A stretch of DNA of 64,000 nt, taken from an uncultured delta proteobacterium. Lineage in GTDB: Bacteria; Myxococcota_A; Polyangia; Polyangiales; JAFGIB01. Location: positions 64,001 through 128,000 of the forward strand of contig CAVZVA010000003.1 in NCBI GenBank assembly GCA_963778655.1, in the 5' to 3' direction. Below the pieces are notes generated by a model. The model searched no databases, was not told the origin of the DNA, and worked only from the letters and a program-made list of their open reading frames with translations. A program made the position numbers and the translations under genes. Numbering within the stretch: the stretch's first letter is position 1; each line of letters begins with the position of its first letter. This document shows positions 59,555 to 64,000 of the stretch, one piece after another.

Positions 59555-61834
59555 ATGGTGAGACGCGCAGCAGCGTTGGACCGTGAGCAACGTGCCGGGC
59601 GCCGCGCCGCCGCGCTGAGGCGGGCAGCATGGCTCGGCGGTCTCGCGATCTGCGGCTGCGCGCACCCGGTGCCGGTTACGATGGTGACGCCCATGACGCA
59701 AACCCCGAAAGCACATGCTGCCGGCTCCCAGCAGCCGCAGGCAGCGCCCGCATGGCCCCCGACGCCGCGGCGGGACGTGGTCGAAACCATTCACGGCATC
59801 GAGGTCCACGACCCGTATCGCTGGCTCGAGCAGGCACAGAGCCCCGAGGTGGTGGCTTGGACAAAGGCGCAGGATCGCCTCGCGCGCGAGCAGCTCGCGC
59901 GCTTGCCCGGGCGCGAAGCGCTGCAGCGGCGGCTCACGCAGCTCAGCCGGGTGGAATCGATGACGCTGCCGCTGCGGCGCGGGTCGCGCGAGTTCTTCGC
60001 GCGCCAGCACGCCGACAAAGAAAAGCCGGTCTACTATGTGCACGACTTGGCCAGCGGGGCGACCCGGGTGCTGCTCGACCCCAATACCATGAGCGCGGAC
60101 GGCAGCACCTCGGTTCAGACGATCAGCTATTCGTACGACGGGCGCGTGGCGGCGTATCGGTCGAGCCGCAACAATAGCGACGAAACGGTGCTGCACCTGA
60201 TGGCGGTGGATACGGGCCAGGTGTCGGAGCTCGACACCATTCCGGGCGTCCGCTACTCGGACCCGTCCTTCACGCCGAACGGCGATGCGTTCTATTACAC
60301 GCGCCTGCCCACCGACCCGGGGCTCAAGCCGGCCGAGCGCAGCGCACGCGCGGCGATCTACCGCCACCGCGTCGGCACGCGCTATCAGGACGACGAGCTG
60401 GTCTTCGCCAACAAGGGCGACCCGGGTGCGCTGCTCGGAGCCGACCTCTCGCGCGATGGGCGCTTCCTGTTCGTGTACGTGGTGCACGGCTGGAACAGCA
60501 CCGACGTCTACGTGCGCGATTTCCGCAACGAGCAGAAGCTGCGGCCCCTGGTCGTCGGCGTGCCGGCGCGCTTCTACTTCTCGGCCTTCAAGGGCTCGAT
60601 CTTCGTGCGCACGAACTACGGCGCCGAGCGCTGGCGGCTGTTGCGCTGCGACCACCCGAAAGCGATGGGGCGCGGGGCGCACCCACTCGATGGCTTCCGA
60701 GAAATTGTGCCCGAAGACCGGGAGGCAGTGCTCGACGGCTACGCCGTGGTCGGGGGCCAGCTCTGCCTACACTACGAGCGGCGCGCCTCGACCCTGATCA
60801 AGCTTGCTGCCCTCGACGGCACGAACGTGCGCAACATCGAGCTTCCGGGCCTCGGCTCCGCCGAGGGGCTCAGCGGCAATCCCGACGATGACACGGCGTT
60901 CTTCTCGTTCGAGTCGTTCCTGCAGCCGCCGACCATCTACAAGACGTCGGTGAGCCGGGGCGGAAGGGAGACCTACTTCACGATGCAGGTGCCCGCAGAC
61001 GCCACGCCCTACCCCGTCGATCAGGTCGCCTTTGCCTCCAAGGATGGAACGCAGCTGTCGATGTTCGTGATCACGAACGAGCGACGCAACAGAGACGGCA
61101 GCACGCCGTTCTTGCTGCTCGGCTACGGCGGCTTCAACGTCAGCGTCGTGCCACGCTTCGACAGCGCGTACTTCGCCTGGCTCGAAGCCGGCGGCGGCCT
61201 GGCGATAGCGAACCTGCGCGGCGGCGGCGAGCACGGCGAGGCGTGGCACAAGGCCGGCATGCTCACGCACAAGCAAAACGTGTTCGACGACTTCATCGCA
61301 GCGGCGGAGTATCTGATCGCGCAGGGCTATACCAGCGCCGCCAAGCTGGCGATCCGCGGCGGCTCCAACGGCGGGCTGCTGGTCGGCGCGGCGATGACGC
61401 AGCGTCCCGAGCTGTTCGCCGCGGTCGTCTGCCGCGTGCCGCTGCTCGACATGGTCCGCTATGCGCTCTTCGGCAGCGCGCGGGGTTGGACCCCCGAGCT
61501 CGGCTCGCCGGAGGATCCCGAGCAGTTCCGGGCGCTCTACGCGTATTCGCCCTACCACCGGGTACGCGACGGGGTGCGCTACCCCGCCTTGCTGGTAATG
61601 AGCGCCGACAGCGACGACCGCGTGGATCCGATGCATGCGCGCAAATTCGTCGCGGCAGTTCAGCACGCGACTGCCAGCGGCAAGCCGGTGTGGCTGCGGG
61701 TGGAGGTGCGCGCCGGCCACGCCGGCGCCGACATGGTGGCCAGCAAGATCGCGGCCGAAGCCGACGAGTATGCGTTCATGTTGGCGCAGCTCGGCGCCGG
61801 CGCCGATCGTCAGCCTTCGGAACCGGCGAGGTAG
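59555..61834 (+). CDS. Prolyl oligopeptidase (S9A), probably lipoprotein
   Basis: DPYRWLE, LLDPN, YGGF, NLRGGGE, GGSNGG (Ser), DDRV (Asp), AGH (His); possible lipobox LAICGC. Confidence 0.95.
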   Translation: MVRRAAALDREQRAGRRAAALRRAAWLGGLAICGCAHPVPVTMVTPMTQTPKAHAAGSQQPQAAPAWPPTPRRDVVETIHGIEVHDPYRWLEQAQSPEVVAWTKAQDRLAREQLARLPGREALQRRLTQLSRVESMTLPLRRGSREFFARQHADKEKPVYYVHDLASGATRVLLDPNTMSADGSTSVQTISYSYDGRVAAYRSSRNNSDETVLHLMAVDTGQVSELDTIPGVRYSDPSFTPNGDAFYYTRLPTDPGLKPAERSARAAIYRHRVGTRYQDDELVFANKGDPGALLGADLSRDGRFLFVYVVHGWNSTDVYVRDFRNEQKLRPLVVGVPARFYFSAFKGSIFVRTNYGAERWRLLRCDHPKAMGRGAHPLDGFREIVPEDREAVLDGYAVVGGQLCLHYERRASTLIKLAALDGTNVRNIELPGLGSAEGLSGNPDDDTAFFSFESFLQPPTIYKTSVSRGGRETYFTMQVPADATPYPVDQVAFASKDGTQLSMFVITNERRNRDGSTPFLLLGYGGFNVSVVPRFDSAYFAWLEAGGGLAIANLRGGGEHGEAWHKAGMLTHKQNVFDDFIAAAEYLIAQGYTSAAKLAIRGGSNGGLLVGAAMTQRPELFAAVVCRVPLLDMVRYALFGSARGWTPELGSPEDPEQFRALYAYSPYHRVRDGVRYPALLVMSADSDDRVDPMHARKFVAAVQHATASGKPVWLRVEVRAGHAGADMVASKIAAEADEYAFMLAQLGAGADRQPSEPAR

Positions 61835-62790
61835 TCGTCGAGCGAGAGCTGCGGGAAGTAGCGCTGCATGATCTCGTCCGGCGGCCCCGCGAACAGCGCC
61901 TCGAGCGAGTCGCGGCCGAGGCCACGCAGCAAGGAAGCGCGGGACTCGGCTCGGAGTTGGTGCGCGGCCCGCGCATCGAGCTCTTCGGGTCGCACCCCGG
62001 CGAAGCGCGCGATCGCGTCCAGGCTGTGCGAGATCTCGTGCGTGCGGACCACGAGCAGACGCGCCTGTGGAACCGCGGCGAGCACGTTGCGATTGCCCTC
62101 ACGGTAGTAGGCGAGAAAGCCCCCCAGGCACTCGGCAAGTAGCGGGCGGAGGCGTTCCCGACTGGATGCATCGCGGTACGGAAGGTCGAACGGCAGCCCG
62201 AGCTGCTCGCGTCCCCAGCCCACGAACGCCCCCCCGCGCGGCCCGGCGTCGAGCAGGTAGCGGGCCAACGAGTCCAGCCAAGAGAAGCAGTCTCGCAGCG
62301 TGAGCACGAAGCGCGCGTTCGGGAGCTCCTCGACCAGCAAGTCCACGTAGGCGTGATGAAATCCCGCCGAGTCCAGCTCGAGCGCCGCGCGGATGTCCCG
62401 CAGGCGCACGAAGTCGCGCAAGGCGGCCTCGGTGGCCGAGCCACCCGCGCGCGCCGCGAGGAAACCGTAGGTCTCGTGAGCCATGACCTCGTGTCCCGAG
62501 CGAAAGGCGCCGAAGATGGCCGCGAGCGAGGTGGTCCCGGTCTTGGGCAGCCCGACGCCGTAGACGCGAAAGCGCCGGGACGTGTTGGCAGCGCGTAGCT
62601 CGGCGTAGGCGGCCGCGCTCGTCGCCAGGCACGAGGCCACGCGCTGGAGTGCAGCAGAATCCTCCATGGTTTCCACCCGTTCTGCCTCGAGATCGAAAAG
62701 CAGCAAAGGCGAAATTTCGGCCCGCGCTGCAAGCGCTTCGAGTGTCAGCCCTCGCCGCACGCGCCAGGTCTTGATCAGGCTTCCGAGCAT
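61810..62790 (-). CDS. XRE-type HTH fused to a sulfotransferase domain
   Basis: N-terminal LIKTWRVRRGLTLEALAARAEIS; 5'-PSB loop GVGLPKTGTTSL; 3'-PB motif FVLTLRD..SWLDS. Confidence 0.78.
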   Translation of the reverse strand: MLGSLIKTWRVRRGLTLEALAARAEISPLLLFDLEAERVETMEDSAALQRVASCLATSAAAYAELRAANTSRRFRVYGVGLPKTGTTSLAAIFGAFRSGHEVMAHETYGFLAARAGGSATEAALRDFVRLRDIRAALELDSAGFHHAYVDLLVEELPNARFVLTLRDCFSWLDSLARYLLDAGPRGGAFVGWGREQLGLPFDLPYRDASSRERLRPLLAECLGGFLAYYREGNRNVLAAVPQARLLVVRTHEISHSLDAIARFAGVRPEELDARAAHQLRAESRASLLRGLGRDSLEALFAGPPDEIMQRYFPQLSLDDYLAGSEG

Positions 62791-62896
62791 CGCAGCATCC
62801 GCCGGGGCCAAGCGGCGCGTTCACCGTGCTGACACACACCTGCTGTGGGCCAGCTCATGGACAAGCTTTTTCCGCTCTTTTGTCGTCGGCCGGCAC

Positions 62897-62927
62897 TTGA
62901 CACCACCAAGGGCCTCCGTGGGACAAC
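62897..62927 (+). promoter_or_regulatory. Possible sigma70-like promoter for the Nif11-like precursor
   Basis: Perfect TTGACA at 62897-62902; the -10 element is weak. Confidence 0.3.
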
Positions 62928-62980
62928 CGTCGTCCGCTCCGATACCCACCCATTTCGTTCGCGTTCTTGGAGGATGAAAC

Positions 62981-63427
62981 ATGGCAGATAGTCCAGTCGC
63001 TAAGTTCTTTGCCGAAGTGTACAAGGATCGCGCGCTTCAGGGCGCGCTGCACCACGCGCTGGTGAGCACCGCTCCCGAGGTGGTGGTCGAGATCGCCAAG
63101 AAGAAGGGCTTCCAGTTCTCCAGCAAAGAGCTGGCGGCGGCGATGGAAGGCGGGAAGAAGGGGGAGCTATCCGAGGAAGCGCTCTCGGGCGCCGTCGGCG
63201 GCGCGGTGCTCAGCGCCACCAAGCTGAGCTCGATCTCGCTGTCGAGAAATTTCTGGGGAAGCTTGTTCAAGGGCTCTGCCGCATCGGGCTTCGAGCTCAC
63301 CATCCCTGGCCCTTCGTTCGTGCTGGTCCAGTCGCCAGCGGACCGCGACACGCCAGCCCTACAGGAAGAGAGCGCGGACGCCTCGGCTTCGGCGGTCGAC
63401 ATCTACCGCGAGCTGAGCGCAAAGTAG
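62981..63427 (+). CDS. RiPP precursor peptide P3, Nif11-like leader
   Basis: GGAGGA RBS. VAKFFAEVYKDRALQ, VVEIAKKKGFQFSSKEL, GELSEEALSGAVGG (74-aa leader); 74-aa Ser-rich, Cys-free core. Confidence 0.88.
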   Translation: MADSPVAKFFAEVYKDRALQGALHHALVSTAPEVVVEIAKKKGFQFSSKELAAAMEGGKKGELSEEALSGAVGGAVLSATKLSSISLSRNFWGSLFKGSAASGFELTIPGPSFVLVQSPADRDTPALQEESADASASAVDIYRELSAK

Positions 63428-63443
63428 GCGTTCTTCGCCCGGG

Positions 63444-63473
63444 CGGCCGGGCCGGCGCGTGCCGGCTCGGCCG
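63444..63473 (+). terminator. GC-rich stem-loop between precursor and radical SAM gene (attenuator or mRNA stabiliser)
   Basis: CGGCCGGGCCGGC-GCGT-GCCGGCTCGGCCG, 13-bp stem with one G-U pair. No U-tract. Confidence 0.5.
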
Positions 63474-63538
63474 TCGGCTGCTCCTCCGTCCGCTTTGCGG
63501 GCGGCTACACGCGACGCGTCGAGGCGAGGGTTGAGTCG

Positions 63539-64000
63539 ATGACCGAGCACCGCAGGGTCCAGTTCGTCGTCAAGGTCAGCAAGCACTGCAACCTTCGCTG
63601 CCGGTACTGTTACGAATACGAGGAGCTGGGCAACAAGCAGAGGATGGCGCCCGAACAGCTGGAGCGCCTGTTTGCCAACATTGCAACCTGGCACCGGCAG
63701 CTTTCGGAGCCCACGCAGGTCGAATTCGTGTGGCATGGGGGCGAGCCACTGCTGCTGCCGCCCGAGTATTTCTTTCGCGCCTTCGACGCGCAGCGCCGCG
63801 TGTTCGGGGACAACGCGCACGCGCTTCGAAACGTGGTGCAGACCAACCTGACCGTGCTCGACGACGAGCGCGTGCGGCTGCTTCGCGACGGCTTCGACGG
63901 TGTGGGCGTCTCGATCGATCTCTTCGGCGGCTTGCGGGTCAACGCGGCGGGCGAGGACTCCGTGCCGAAGGTGCTCGCGAACCTCGATCGGCTACGCAAG
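63539..64000 (+). CDS. Radical SAM peptide maturase (SPASM/anSME-like N-terminus), 3'-truncated; absent from the ORF track
   Basis: Translated by hand: MTEHRRVQFVVKVSKHCNLRCRYCYEY...FVWHGGEPLL...VVQTNLT...VGVSIDL. GAGGG RBS. Confidence 0.92.
   Translation, partial: MTEHRRVQFVVKVSKHCNLRCRYCYEYEELGNKQRMAPEQLERLFANIATWHRQLSEPTQVEFVWHGGEPLLLPPEYFFRAFDAQRRVFGDNAHALRNVVQTNLTVLDDERVRLLRDGFDGVGVSIDLFGGLRVNAAGEDSVPKVLANLDRLRK

Overview
High-GC window, probably from a myxobacterium (a MYXO-CTERM-type sorting signal, Gly-rich lipoproteins and multiple Ser/Thr kinases; this is inference). The main signal is a dispersed ribosomal-peptide (RiPP) locus with three double-glycine-leader precursors (32244-32426, 46329-46523, and a Nif11-like one at 62981-63427). 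Around them lie an MvdC/D-type ATP-grasp ligase with a TIGR04500-like partner, four JmjC and two other Fe(II)/2OG oxygenases, an FkbH-like enzyme with an apparent RiPP recognition element, glycosyl-, methyl- and sulfotransferases, a B12-binding radical SAM and a second radical SAM maturase. A prolyl oligopeptidase and two peptidase-containing export systems are also present. Other content: a TetR-associated aromatic/lactone catabolic cluster with a ZenA-like lactonase, an esterase/GH11 xylanase pair sharing one reading frame, katG with an OxyR-like upstream box, a hybrid histidine kinase, and several genes broken by internal deletions. I recognised no rRNA, tRNA, CRISPR or IS element. All family calls come from motif recognition by eye; no searches were run.
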